A stretch of DNA of 64,000 bases, taken from contig NMRA01000009.1 in assembly GCA_002633005.1 (NCBI GenBank), positions 791,169 to 855,168 on the forward strand. Direction: 5' to 3'. A program made the position numbers and the translations under genes. The notes under the pieces were generated by a model that did not search any database, had not been told where the DNA came from, and saw only the letters and a program-made list of their open reading frames with translations. The DNA is from Phoronis australis (lineage: Eukaryota > Animalia > Phoronida). Below are positions 11,366-25,300 of the stretch, in pieces; within the stretch, counting starts at the first letter, position 1, and the number at the start of each line of letters is the position of its first letter.

Positions 11366-14300
11366 CTAAAAAGAGACCATGATGTAAAGTGCGAGGAAGC
11401 TGTAGAACATATCCTCGTTATAAAATGATTTGATAATTCTTGGAGCAGCCATCACACTCACCAATGAATATTTGTCTAGAATTAATTTTACTCTAGAACA
11501 AAGTTTTGAACTCTGCGATCAGTGTGGTCGCAATGGCCCCGCAAAAGGCAGATGGGTCACCTGAGGGTTTCTTTTGAAACTGGTTTGGGTTCAGTGTTAA
11601 AATTAATATTAATATTAAGCGTCTAAAATTTAGTAGAGTAATAGTAATAAAAATGAAACGAGAACTCAAATGAAACTCATGACTGCTTTACTTCATAGCT
11701 ATCCGTTGTGTGACGCAAGCTGATCTGAGTGACTAGAACAAAGCCACGTGTTGGTGAGGTACTATTCCATCCCCTGGCACCAATATTAGACACAATATAT
11801 TAAGACTATGTTTTATCCTGGACATGTATTGCCATTGTTATCAAACGAAGGTAAACTCATTATGTATGGCTGAAATTTGAGATTTTCATGACATGGGCCT
11901 TTAGCAATAAAAATTTAATCAAAAACAGCTTCCCGTGTTTTATATTCAAAATCTTTAAGAGTAAAACTTAAGGCGACAAGATTGATGCTTTTCACCTGTG
12001 TGTAGGTATGTTAAGGCTGACACCGTGACCCCTATACTCATACAACGTCATTCAAGCATTGTCCCTTTAACAACGAAAAGTCGGCTTTTCCCTTTGAAAA
12101 TTCTTGAATTTATTTACTCCATTGAAGAGTTTGGATATCATAAAAAATAAGGAGACGTGATAGTGTCTATATTATTAAGTGTCTGAATAAAGCGTATAAC
12201 TCATTATACCTTTAACAATAAATATTACTTCTGTTGAGCTGATAATCAAATACTGCTTCATCTTGGCTTGGCGTTCCCGCCCAGATTCACTTGAAAAGGA
12301 ATTGATTTGCTGAAAAGTTCTCTTTAAAGTACACTGTGTCTTTCATACTAGTTCGCCGACAGTCTATAAAAATTATGATGTATGCAACAGTCTTAGTAAT
12401 TTGTAGATCAGCTGTGGGAAAATTTGTGACTTCTCTTGTTCTTTAGTTCTGCTTCAGTTTTATCAAAGTGTTGTTGGGTAACTTTGGTGAGATAACAAGC
12501 AAAACAACGTTCACAACCTTTCCAACAAGTTTTGAAGGAAGACAATGGGATAAAGAGAATGGTAGACGAGCTACAACAGAAAAATTATGGGTATGCGGAG
12601 AGTACATTAGAGTAGCTCTGATAAATGAAATATCATTATGTTATATAAATAATATATAATATACGATATGATGTCCATATTACTGTCTAGCAAGACTGAT
12701 TCAGTTGAGAGAAATTCTGCTAAAGGTAAACATTACTCGTAGATATTCCCGAGCTGTATCGAAGGCCTTGGAAATACAACAATTTCGTTCACTTATTGGA
12801 CGAACAATACATCGGTTTACAAGCATAGAAAATCTTATGTATTTTCTTTGATGGACGTACTTGTCTAAGAACAAGATATTTTCGTTACGAGCGAATTGGT
12901 GCACTTACCCCAGAGGATATCTTTTCAAAAAGAAAACTTTTGCTCAAGTGAATCTAATCAGAGAAGGTGCAAAAAGCACGTACTAAAACCAACTTCACGC
13001 ATTTGGACTCACATCAGCAAATTACAAGCGTCATTTGTTTACAATTTGGTGAGGCATGATGAATTCTAAATAAACGTAAATGTCCTCACAAATCTGTCAA
13101 CCAGTTGCGTAAACTTTATATAAGTACCACAGTCCTCTCTAGAAATTTATCAGTGCATCAAATAATTATTTCATGTTGTGGATAGGCCTAGTGGGCCAAG
13201 AAAAGGTCAGATAAAATAACATTTTTGTGAACCCATTCAAATTCCTCATTTTGCCTCGGGCGGCTCATTTTAATACAGCATTCATCTTATTCCATACTCA
13301 ATGAGTGAGAAAATGGTTAACATTTCTAGATCGGGGTAATTCGGTCTAAACACCATTTGAGGAAGCCATTTGTATTTAGAACTTATAGCAGTTAATATCG
13401 TTAAGCTTTTCAAGTGAAAGAAATGATTATCTTAACCGTTCAATTATGGGCACTACTGATTTTATGGTGAAACTTAATGTAACAATTGGTCAAGGAAATG
13501 GTAGTCACCCAAGGTACAACTACGAGGCTAAAAGTTGTTTATTTGATATCATAGGATGGGAACAAGATTTGACATTATGGTGGCACACACAGCTGCAATC
13601 GGGACTAGAACACTTTAAAATGTGGGGACTACAGTTTGAAAGCAAACAGGGGCAGCGTGCCAAATATTTAATGATAGACGTCTAATTCAACGCACATTGA
13701 TTTTTGAGTCTTCAATGTTACAGACATTGGCGAAAGACGGTTAGATCTGTGATACATTAAAAGCCCACATTACTTATGAGTTACGAACTAATTTCGCCGA
13801 GGGAATAAAAACGAACGAGTTCCGTATTGAAATAAGACACCATATGAAAAGTCGGCCTGGTTAAATAGAATACAGATGAATGCCATCAGCCGGGACAAAA
13901 TATATTAACTCCTATTTAGGCGATAACAATCACATGTCAAAATCTTTTCGATTTGTGTTTTATAAAACATCGTGATGATGTGTTGTAAAACCCATTGCTA
14001 TTAAAGTCGTAATTGAAAAGAAAAATGACCTTCTTCATTACATATTTTCATAGTTCAAAATTTTTATCAAATGTAACATAAGTGATAGTCATACTTTACT
14101 CCAAAGTGTTATTTTCTAGTATTTTCACACAAAAAGCAAACCAAAAAACGATCTATTTTATCACAATTTTGCAGTATTTTCCTGTTCCCCTTGTGATTAT
14201 ATTTAATAAACGTACTTGATGTTCAGACAGAACACCGCCGTCTACATGTATTCAGGGTAGACTGGGGCCGTTTAATGAATAAAATATCGCGCCCACTAAT

Positions 14301-15982
14301 TAAGTGGTTCATTAATCAGTTGACTAATTGAGTTAATGGTACATTACGTTCAGCGAACAGTGTGCGCTTGGGGAATACCTGACAAGCTGAACATGAACTG
14401 AGAAGTGTTGCTAATCACACGTAATACACTGTCTAGTTAGGACCAACTTTGAACCTCATCGAATCATGAACGGTTGGACGGTACGTTTTGGGGTGACCTT
14501 AAAATTGAGATAAATGGAAAATTATTTATCATACAAATCCTTGAAGGCGACATTTTGAATGCATTAACATGGAAACTTATTTCTTTACCCAAGTTCAAGG
14601 AATGAGCAATAACAAAATTTTACAGAAATTGCTCATGGTTAAACATTCTTTTATTATATCAAAATATTAACTATGTTATAACCTGATAATACCGACTCGT
14701 TTCACTAGTCCGGCTTTGACGTTGAAATGTTAAGTGCGGAAAATGTTCAACTTTCAAACTCGATAAGCTCCATACAAGATCAAACGAACGTGAAGCGACT
14801 AATTGATATCTAAACAGATTAACATATGAAAAGGATAACAAGGCGCAACACAAAAACACTTGTCCACAACATCAGATGAAAAGAACAGAGAAGTCTAAAA
14901 AGACACAGCGGATAATGGAATTGTGAAGTGTATGTGATTTAAAAAGCTATAACTGCGTTAAAAACAGGTGAAAGCTTCATACTCCAAGATTATCAACTCT
15001 CTGAGTTGTCATACAAAACAAACAATAAAATGAACTAAAAATAATTTTTATTACAAAAAATCGCGAGTTAGATGGATGTTATTTTCAATAGCAACTATTG
15101 CAGCAAATGTTTATTTATTATTATGAACTATTGTTTAAAGCATCTTCGTAAACGAAATATGTTATTTACAACAATTTACACTGGGCAAGCATAAAAATAG
15201 AGAAAACATTAAAATAATAAAAAAACAAAAAAAACAACTCAATTCATATGTGAGAACGATATTGGAGTTATGTCATACATCTTATTATTATTATGGAAGC
15301 TAATTTTGCTCATTTGTCCATCTCCAAATCGCAACTTTGAATTAAATTGCAAATTTTATACAACGTTAATTTTTTGTAATGTCGGAGCAATGAGTAAGAA
15401 CGTTACATAAACACTAGTTGAAGACGTATCAATCTTTGGCTTGATTAGACATTTGATTTGAACGAGTCTTGGGTACAGGTTGATTTATCAACTGAATGTT
15501 ATTAGGTAGTAAGGAGCGTAATAATACAACGTTGTAAAGAAGCAGCTTAGCGTAACAAGTAATTAACACGGTCCTCATTAATCAAGATAACAGTTCAGTA
15601 TTCAGTCGCTGGCAACACATAGATATTTTAGTATTTCCTACATATGCACATATTTATTAAAATAATTGTGAGCAAACCTGTTCTCTGAGTGGTGTATTAC
15701 AATAGAAGCGAAAAGCGGTGCGGAATAAAAGCCAACACTAAAAAGCACATTTACCAGAATTTTTTTACTTTACTTGTGGCGTTGCTAGTCAGTTGCAACA
15801 AATTGAACTTTTCTCTTGAATATCAGACAATTCAAAATTCCTCCTCGTTATCACACGTTTACGATTATCAAAATAGAAAAGCATTTGACTAACTACTTTT
15901 CAGCGAAAAGTATAATTTCTCGTTAACCTGGAAACACTTTGAAGATGTGAGAATAGAGATGAATGACTGCAATGCAACTTAC

Positions 15983-16212
15983 CAGAATTTTGTCTTTTTC
16001 TCTTGCCCACCGTCAAATCTGTGGCGTTATTTGAACTCGTCAGACTTGGGTTAGGTATTCCGAGAATACTACCAATCGAGTAGCCTGTGCCCCCAGGGCC
16101 GGTCGCACACGTGGGTGAGGTGCTGGGAGATGGGCTACCTCCCGCAGGGCTGCTCGGCCCTTGACCTCCAGAGGATTTTTTCGCCTTCTCGGCGGCTGAA
16201 TTTCGTACGATC
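15983..16212 (-). CDS. Pax2/5/8: Pax2/5/8 octapeptide exon
   Basis: ctttttag|G..G|gtaagt; 230 nt, phase 2-1; IVRNSAAEKAKK...YSIGSILG (octapeptide)...GKRKRQNS (NLS-like). Confidence 0.96.
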
Positions 16213-17524
16213 CTAAAAAGATCAGAACGAACGATTCTGAAAATAAGGGAAACGAAGAACTAAAAGAGGCATGCACAATCAACTTGGTTACGAGGCACGT
16301 GATCTAATGAGAAAATCTGCGTGCGCTTGATAATTACAGTCAATGTTTGAAGGATAGAATGTATTAGTGACCATTGTTTCATTATTGTTCATGTTTGAAG
16401 TCGCGTCTTTAAAGCGGCAATAGACACGTTATGAAATTAATGAAAATTACGATAAATTTTAAGTTTTCTGTAGTTTGACTAGTTGTGTCGGATATCATAT
16501 CACTGAAACTGACAGAATTTATTGTACATCTCGAAGAGTTATTATCATAGCCTCATTATAATGGAGTATTGACGATGTAGAGGGCGTGCGAATTGATCAG
16601 GTGGAGAGTTTTGCAGTGAACGAAACAACGGCGGAATATAATTCGCAGCTCCTGAACACTGTCATCTTATGATCTCACATTAATATCTAACAGTATCATC
16701 CAAAACTTGGACATTTAATGAAACTTTCACGGGAGGGTGTCTCATTTACGACTCACTGTAAATAGAATGACTATTAAAATGGTATTTTTTAATATTTAGC
16801 CTTTTAATATCGTTGATATTTATGTCAAGTTCATCTGTTGTTAAAGATGCGCCGCCGCTCGCGCCCTGCACGTGCCAAGAAAAAACAATGGAAGTTGATT
16901 AGACAGTTAGGTAAAAAGTTGTTTAATGTTAAAAACGTATTTGACTGATTGTCGTTACATATTGCGTTGAATCAGAGATGGTTTATTAACTCAGCAGGGA
17001 TATCTGAGGGCTAATTGGACGTGATAAATCAAATCGTGATCATGTCGAAAACGGACAATTATTTTTGATGCACCTTAATGTTTTGTTGCTTACAGCTGTA
17101 TCTGAACTGCATGAATGAAAACAGTGATATGTCAGATGATTAGAATAACGTTTTAATTATTGACAGCTATTACGATATGAAAGTACACTTGCTTTATGGT
17201 GTTCACATTAACTTGAATGATATTCTAAACATATTTATGTAATATTAACATGTCAATAACGCGAAATTTCAACTTGTCAAAAAAGCAAGTTTTAAGATTA
17301 GTAGGAAATTTTTGGAACACCATATCCCAGAAATGGCTGACCGGATTCATTTGAAACTTTGGCTTTCAGACACCATACATGCAATTTTGTTCTCCAAAAA
17401 GTTTCTGGGATTTTTTAATGTTCTATTTTTGCATGTGGTGTTATCAAAAAACAGGACTTCTAAACTTTTGTAAAAAAACTCTAAAATCTGAATAAAACGA
17501 AAACGAAATGATATTTTGGAAAAC

Positions 17525-17790
17525 TGTTAACAGCGTTTTTGAGATTTCATCTTGAATTCAGATAAGATTTGGTCAAGTTCACATGTTGATACCGTTGTTT
17601 TGCTATGTAGGAACCCTTCTTTTCCGCTGAATTTTACTAGAAAGACATGGTTACGTGATCCAATGAATAGAAGATTGGTATAAAATCAAAAATCAAATTT
17701 CTACTGTCAGAAAATATGTACTTTTACCGAGTTAAAATCTATGGTTTTGTAGAGAGTTGGATAAGGTCCAACATTACCTTGGCTCTTAAT
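17525..17790 (+). repeat. Dispersed repeat fragment, homologous to 43035-43290
   Basis: Shared blocks tttttgagatttca, ttgataccgttgttttgc, aaagacatgg..cgtgatccaa, agttaaaatctat in the same order. Confidence 0.7.
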
Positions 17791-19080
17791 CTCCAGACAA
17801 TGTCAATCCGTTTAACTCTTTCAGTTAGAGAAAATATGACAATCTCCCGGAAAGGGGTTTCAGTTCCGAACAAAAAATAAAATCTTATAACTTCCCTCAT
17901 AAAAGATTCCATTTTATTCTTTATTTTGTTCCCCTTGAGCGCAGCAGGTGGACGAAGGATTAAAATAACTGTATTTCTAACCAAATCACATTTCTTTAAG
18001 TTTCAACAAAAAGACCATATTTGACAAGCCTGTCTTTCAATTGTGTTACCTTTTCTAAAACCACAAACATCAAAGAAAAGTTGTATTAGTGTGCAGATGG
18101 TCGCATCCTATTTTGACTTTGATGTTCATTTCTTGCGCCAGAAACTTCCAGTTGGTTTGATTTACAACAGAGCCAATAGCGGCTACAGTTTGCCTCCGAT
18201 GTGTCGGTGGCAGATCAGAAAAAAACACTATGTGGACAGTTCACGTTTTTCTTTAAAAGTAATCACGCTTATCTCTCGAGTTTCGGATGTTATTCAACAC
18301 CCGAGAAGTGAACGAGAACTAAAGCTTGATTGGCCATCAATAAAAACACAACCAATTGAATTATACGCTGGCAGAAACTTAAGACTCGATCGTGTAATAA
18401 TGAAGTTGGGAAGACATTGCCGCGCTCCTTTCAAAACTTCAATCAAGCAGACAATGCCTAGGTGATGCGGCAGAGTTTTTGGTTTCTAGTCTTTGATATA
18501 TACAAATATGAAGTTGATCAGTCTTAATGTTCATGAAGGCGATAACTGAGGCGTGAGTAATAACAATTATTTGTTTGCCATGTTGTTTTTAGAAAGACTT
18601 ATCTGTTTGACTCGGTCAACCAACTTGCTACAGGATACAATGCTATTCAAAACAAATTACCGATTTAAAAAGGGTCTCGCCTAAAATGAGCAGCAAATTA
18701 CATAGGCTGTGTATTGTTCACGAATAGCTTTGGAATCTTAATGCGTTCTTTTCCTAACGCGCAGAACACAGTGTGCGCAGGTCCATGCAGGACACGATCT
18801 CAACAACGTCATGATTCTGAGCGTTGAGCATTGTGCGTCAATACTTATTGCATATGACTGCATTGAAGGCCAACAAGATGTTATGGAGCGTAGTTTCAAA
18901 CATCAACATGAAAAGTTGTTTACAAAACAAGTGATATTTATACTAACTAAAATCAGAAAAATCTACGATAAACCCAGAGAAGCCACCTTCTGTAGCATTG
19001 ACAGATGCACAAATTTGCTTTAGATAATATTTTTTATTGATAACCAGAATTAAAAGCCTTCAGCTGCCCCAAACTCTTAC

Positions 19081-19278
19081 CTGTTTATGGAGCTAACGCT
19101 GGGTACCGAATCCTGGTCACAGATGCCGTCAGACAGTAGTTTGTCTCTGATTTCCCACGCGAACAACGTAATATTTTCTTCTTTATATTCGCAGATAGCA
19201 TTCACCACTTTAGGGGTCGCAACTTTAGGCTTCGATCCGCCAATTACTTTAGGTTTGATGGAGCCTGTCTCGTAGTAC
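19081..19278 (-). CDS. Pax2/5/8: Pax2/5/8 paired-domain exon, linker and RED subdomain
   Basis: cttgcag|G..AG|gtaaga; 198 nt, phase 2-2; [66 protein letters not shown]. Confidence 0.99.
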
Positions 19279-20713
19279 CTGCAAGGTCAAGAATAACGTA
19301 CTCGGTGCTTCCTATGAAAGGCAAGGTTAGAAGCCGATCGTACCCAACCCAGATGACAACAGAAACTTACAGGTATGTTGCTATGCAACGTGCACTATCA
19401 TAAGTCTCAGGCAACAGCTGAAGTATGTAATGGATTAATGAATATCCTACAATGATCAGCACTCACGCTCTTCTGCGTCAGAAACTAACAAAGTGCAACC
19501 GTGATCATAGATGGGCTCCATGCGACAGTGCTCACGGCTGATGAAGGAATTGTTGGTTCACTTATTTATTGAATTGTCACTGAGAATTGTACCATGGGAG
19601 CAGGTATCGTCAGCTAGTACCTTTGCGCGTAAATTCCACGCGCAAACAATATGGGTCGGACTACTGCCGTGTAAACGCAGACGGCGATCACCACTTCCGG
19701 TGTGGGAATCTCATGTTTGGAGCCCCCACATGACGGTGGTTTATATACACATGGGACCAGGATACTATTGTTCAATGTTTTTATTACAGTTAAAAATAAC
19801 GTATTTATGACTTTTACCAACTCTTCCTTTGACAACTTGGAGACATTGTTAGTCTTAAGAAAACAGATTTTTTTGTGAAAATCAGTGTTCGTTGTTATGT
19901 TGAAGTTAGCATGAACACAATTCACTTAAGTAAATACGGCAAAACGTGAGATGCTTAGTAGTCGACTTACATTAATTTTTCATAATTAATATCATAGCCT
20001 TTGACTGAGGTAAAGTGAAAAACAATTCGAAAAGCACTGACGACGTGGTCAGATAATTAGGTTCTCGGTATTCAGTTACGGAAATTTACTTCTCAATTCC
20101 CTGTTTCACAGTTCAAAACAAACCAGTACTTTCGGTTAACAGAGCGGATTAAGATCAATGAAAATAAATTTGGAGGAAGTCTCTGCAGTAGGCGAGGACT
20201 CTGTGTTGTCAAGATTCACCCCGAGCCAAACTTTAGATAGTCGTGATTCTCAATTTGAATGTTATTACAGAGAAATACCTGGGGGGAGTCTGTCGTTTAA
20301 GTGAAAATATTTGATGCCTGTTGAATTAAGCACGTATGACAGCGAACTAGTGCGCATGCCTATTGCCACTGAAACCTTAATGGAATCATGACTTAATTAC
20401 GTGTATTGTAAAACGACGATTATTCCAAGTCTTCTAATGTTTGGATTGAGTATATAAGTATTTCTATGCACGCAAATTTTCTATCTCAGAACGTGCAGAC
20501 GTGTTCATTGTTGTTACGTGTTGCTGATAAACATAGTCTCTACTTAAAGGGAACTTTGTAACAGCACAATAAAACGGAAAGTTCGAAACACTTGCAATCA
20601 CACACAAAGGCACAAAAAGAAAAATGGGTGGAAACTGAATTATATCAAACAGGTAAAAATGGATTTGTTTTTAAGGATATAAAGTCAAATTGACCCCAGA
20701 GAAGTTGTCTTAC

Positions 20714-20879
20714 CTTCCCAAAATTTTGCTGACACAGCCATGGGATACCCTGAGTTGTCGCGAAATGTCGCACGGCCGGACCCCCTGGTGCGCTAACTCT
20801 ACAATCCGTTGCCGAACTACGTCCGGAAGTGGCCGACCGTTCACGAAAACCCCTCCTAATTGGTTCACTCCTCCGTGAC
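20714..20879 (-). CDS. Pax2/5/8: Pax2/5/8 paired-domain exon, PAI subdomain
   Basis: tttatttta g|GT..AG|gtaaga; 166 nt; [56 protein letters not shown], the Pax2/5 sequence with Q42/R44/H47. Confidence 0.99.
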
Positions 20880-21439
20880 CTAAAATAAAATAGGATATTT
20901 GAAAGCTTGTAAACAGAGTGAACCTGGTTCCTCATCAAAGATTTCTTTGTGTCCTCTCAAATGAGAATCTTATGATAGGGCCACAGCATGGTTGAGACCA
21001 CTGTAGCAATACACGAATAGAGATATGACCTAGACTCCAGTAAAGTTATTTGATAAACATGTAAATCCAAGCAAATCTCACTACAACACAATGGACATTA
21101 TTCTCATCATTTTACCAAAGGAAAAACAGAGTTTGTAAATATTGCAGAGCTTTTGCCCTGTAATTTTTATTTTGAATGGTGGTCGCTGTCGTTGGCTTTA
21201 ACTAAAACAGTAAAACTCACGACTCGATATAATTGCGTTTACGAGAGTGCTTGATATTATAGCATCTTAATGGTACAAAAGAAAGATTATGTCACGTATA
21301 CGGCAAATAAATGGCCCCTACTTTTAAAGGCTTGAAATGCTAGCAACTGTGATTTGAATTCACCCTCGAGAACACAACCCAATTGTAAAGTTACTTTAAT
21401 TGAGCCAATAAGTTGAAATGTTTCACTTAAATTTATTTA

Positions 21440-21676
21440 AACTGCTCATGATTGTGAATAACACTAACTGCTCATGACTGTGAATAACACTAACTGCTCA
21501 TGATTGTGAATAACACTAACTGCTCATGACTGTAAAAAACACTAACTGCTCATGACTGTGAATAAGACTAACTGCTCATGACTGTGAATAACACTAACTG
21601 CTCATGATTGTGAATAACACTAACTGCTCATGACTGTGAATAACACTAACTGCTCATGATTGCGAACAACACTAAC
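21440..21676. repeat. 26-bp minisatellite, ~9 copies, in Pax intron 1
   Basis: Unit aactgctcatga(t/c)tgtgaataacact. Confidence 0.95.
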
Positions 21677-22246
21677 AAGTTTACACAACTATCAATTTCG
21701 GCTCTAAATGTGCAGAAACTCGAGTCAAAACTTTTCCTTGTAAACGCGGAAACTTCGTTTCAAAGATAAAAAATTCTTACACAAAGAATCAAATAAAACA
21801 TGCATCTATGGAAGTAAACACAAGCTCATATCCAAAACAAACGTAAGGCAGTAGCGAGAAAGGGGAGCTTGATAGTTTTAAATTTCAATGAAGACTTCAC
21901 GATTATATTCGTGTGAACTTTTATTGGTGAAGCAAAAGTTTCGCTCGATAACTGCCACTATCTGACGCAGAGATCATGTTACCAAACCATCAACAATACG
22001 AAAGGCGACGTGTAGTAAAGAATACTAAAACGATAAGGAACTTCCATGGAAATTATCTTAGCTTGACAATTTTGATTATCTGATCGAAAAGATCGACAAG
22101 CACAAATACAGAAGAATGTGACTTTTTATATAAAATTAAATTACTGATTTAAGTACAATATTGTGCCAGAACGGTCGTATTCTTAAGATTCCTTAAGTCT
22201 ACGAAAACTACATGTCTACCGTCAGCCGTGTACAGACTGCTCGCAC

Positions 22247-22325
22247 CTTCATTGCGCATGCCGCTGCCCAGTAGGTACGGGTAGGCACAACTACTCCAAC
22301 CGCAGAACATGTTGTGATAGTCCAT
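22247..22325 (-). CDS. Pax2/5/8: Pax2/5/8 probable first coding exon (MDYHNMFCGWSSCAYPYLLGSGMRNE-G)
   Basis: ATG at 22325-22323; phase-1 donor GAAG|gtgcga joins the next exon to give ...[12 protein letters not shown]; TATA box and Inr-like site just upstream. Confidence 0.7.
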
Positions 22326-22358
22326 CGTGCGCCACTTGGCAACTCGAACACTCGAACA

Positions 22359-22394
22359 CTCTGACGCAACTGTGCAGGGTTGCATGTTTATATA
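22359..22394 (-). promoter_or_regulatory. Putative Pax2/5/8 core promoter (TATA plus Inr-like)
   Basis: TATATAAA at 22394-22387 and TCAGAG with its A at 22362, ~30 nt downstream and 37 nt before the ATG. Confidence 0.55.
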
Positions 22395-25300
22395 TCAGCC
22401 GACATGATGCGCCTCACTAATCACGATTGTATTTAAGTTCCATCGACGACGTCATCGAATGGTTACTATATACGCGCATCAAACGGCAAAATGTTACAAT
22501 TTTATAAAAAATGCATCATGAGTAGATTTACATATTTTAGTTCCCTGAATTAAAATTTCGAGTACATTAAAGCCGCGTGTAATTTAAACTTTCAACTTGT
22601 TATGGTGCAACAGTAGAAGTTAAATTAGTTTAGATTTCTGTCCTAGAATATGAAAAAAATGTTTTATTTACTAAATAATTTTATAAAACGGAAGGACTAC
22701 AAAACATTTCGTTCACTTGTTTTTTTTGTAAAAGAAATTAAGACTCAAAATTTATTGTGTGACATCATTTTAAACAACAGCAAGGAACAAAAATGCTGCT
22801 GAAAATTGATATGAAAACGAAAATCAATTCATAATAAAGTACAAATTGTCTTTTAAGTAGTAGTATTCTCGTAAAAGCCTCCGGGAATTCTGGTTCAAGT
22901 CATAGCCAGTTGACTTGCAAGGAAAGATGCCGAGTCCATGATGCTAATGTAGTGAAACTCAAGTAACATAGATCTGACAGAGGGGCTCAAGTAGGCAGAA
23001 CATTGAGAGAGAAATTAAGACAAAAATGCATGTTCTAAGTGACTGGTGCCAGTTATGTTTCCATTGAGAGAATATCGGGAGCAGCCGAGCTTGGACGCGC
23101 ACGTCTGGGTACCCATGAATACTCAGTGACTCGCGTGAGTAGCCATTACGAGGTTTACCCTCAGGAATTTATTCATTGACGACTATAGTCAAGGTATGCC
23201 GACTTATTGCCATGCGCACAATACTGGAGGTTAATTTGATATTATCATGAATTCTTACTTGGCTTTTTGGAATAACTCACTCACATTAAACGTGCATGTT
23301 TGAAACTCTAGAATTATATGGTGCGACGCGTCGGTATAAATTTGAACTTGTTTGCTATCAACATCCAACACTCGCTCATTATAGTTTCATGAAGTAATCA
23401 TAGCTTGTCTACCCGTCCCATAACACCGATCTATCACGTCTATCTTCAAATGAAAACATCTACACTCATTGAGTAATTAACTAGGCGCACATTACGGAAG
23501 AGATAATCAACTTACTTTTACAAGAGTGGTAAAAGTCCATCACATTATGTCGCTGCATAGCAGGATAGCGATACGGCGCACTCAGATCCATTTCCACGGA
23601 AACAAAACAGCAAAAAGTTAATAAATGGTGACACTATAAGTAATAATATTTCATCCAAGCTTCTCAAGATCTACGCATGCCTGTATTAATTCTTTATTTT
23701 CAACTGACCCGACAGGTAATGAAGCTTATAGGGCAGTCACTGCTCATAAATGGGCGGACTTGATGATGTCAGTCAACTATACTTGGCGATTCTATTGGTT
23801 GAGTCACGGTAAAGGTCTCCTATAATTATGGTTCGCTAGTCTCAAGGTGTCGTGTGCTGAAAGGAACGTTAACAGCACTATCGCATTTTATGTGGAAATT
23901 TTGTGTTTTGTTAAGTTTTTATAAATTTTGAGCGGCGACAGGCCAACATCCACAAAGAACGTCTCACCAATTCCGATAAAATTCCACATTTCAACCAAAA
24001 ATCATATTTTACGCTTAAAGACACCGTTTATTCTTTATTTGAAATAAGGAATTTGCAAAGAAAATTTCACGGCAAAACCATATGGTTAAAACTTAAAATA
24101 TAAAATGGCAGTCTTTCAACGTGACGTCCTGTTTTTGCAAAATAAACAAAATTTAAAGCAGTTATGAACCTACCATCCGTCAAAAAAGATCAAACTTTTG
24201 ATTTAGACCACTTGTTTTCACAAAACTGGTGACAATTTGTTCTTTACTCAGATTACGGTGTTTTTTGAATGGTAAAAATTGACAACTGGCTATTGTTTTA
24301 GGCCAGTCGTGTAAGGCCGCTCCATTTATTGGCCGAGTATGGCCTGTTGTAATAACGTAGCGCATCGATAATGTGTTAAGATCGTCTTACTGTGCCTTCG
24401 ATGAAGATGAACTAATTGAGAGTGAAAAACTCAGATACATACAAGTCTGTGATTTATGAAATATTGATATGTTAATACCAACATCGATTAATGAAATCCG
24501 AAACTGGTGAAGACAAAAGAAAAAGAATTCTTGAAAAGTACAACATTAGTTCACATTTTATGATCCGTAATATCAAAGAGCAAAAAACAAGAAACAGGTA
24601 ATTTCAGAAACACTCAAAATAAAATAGAATATTACAAAAGCAATAAAAAAATCTTAGTAGTGTTGGTAAAGAGAAATGTTGTAAACGGTGGTCTAATTGA
24701 AAAGGTCATAAATAGTTTGTATCTGCAGTGCAATTTCGTTGTTAAAATCTACAGAATTCCGAGTTTATCGATCTTCTATTGTGACAATTTAGATATGCAT
24801 GTTCATAGGACACCAATAAAATTCCGATGTTTACAGAGGGTGCACAAATGTACACAATATTTTGACAAATATGCTATCTGATTACATTTTCAATTAAAAA
24901 GAGAATAGCAGTTTCTGCAAGTGTGTTAGCATTCGAATATCTTTTATCTAACTACAACTCAAACCGCTTTGAAATATCAGTCAATATAAATTTCTGAGCG
25001 GTCACTCAAAAACGTTTAAATTCGGTCAACTTTCGCCTGCGGCTGAGATGGACATCTAATTGTTATCTTGTCCAATGAATTTCTATAGTCTCGTGTCTTC
25101 CAAAACCGACATATGCCGCTTTGCGTAAGTCGATTTTAACTCGTCCCTACAAACTCTACCAGCAATTCAGTACATTAATCGCGACTGGTGAGCACTTAGA
25201 AAACCACTGGAGGGTTTCATAATAACTCCGGTGGGAAAACGACGGAACACGGAAAAGAAGTTGAGGGACGCTATCTGGGAATTTCAAATCGAATTGATAC

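Noticed and set aside
18544-18557. Paired-domain binding site and scattered Su(H) TGTG(G/A)GAA motifs in Pax introns
   Set aside because: Short degenerate motifs expected by chance; no conservation data
20645-20938. ORF-track peptides at 20645-20938, 20690-20878, 19087-19275 and 16040-16282
   Set aside because: Wrong-frame or antisense shadows of the Pax exons
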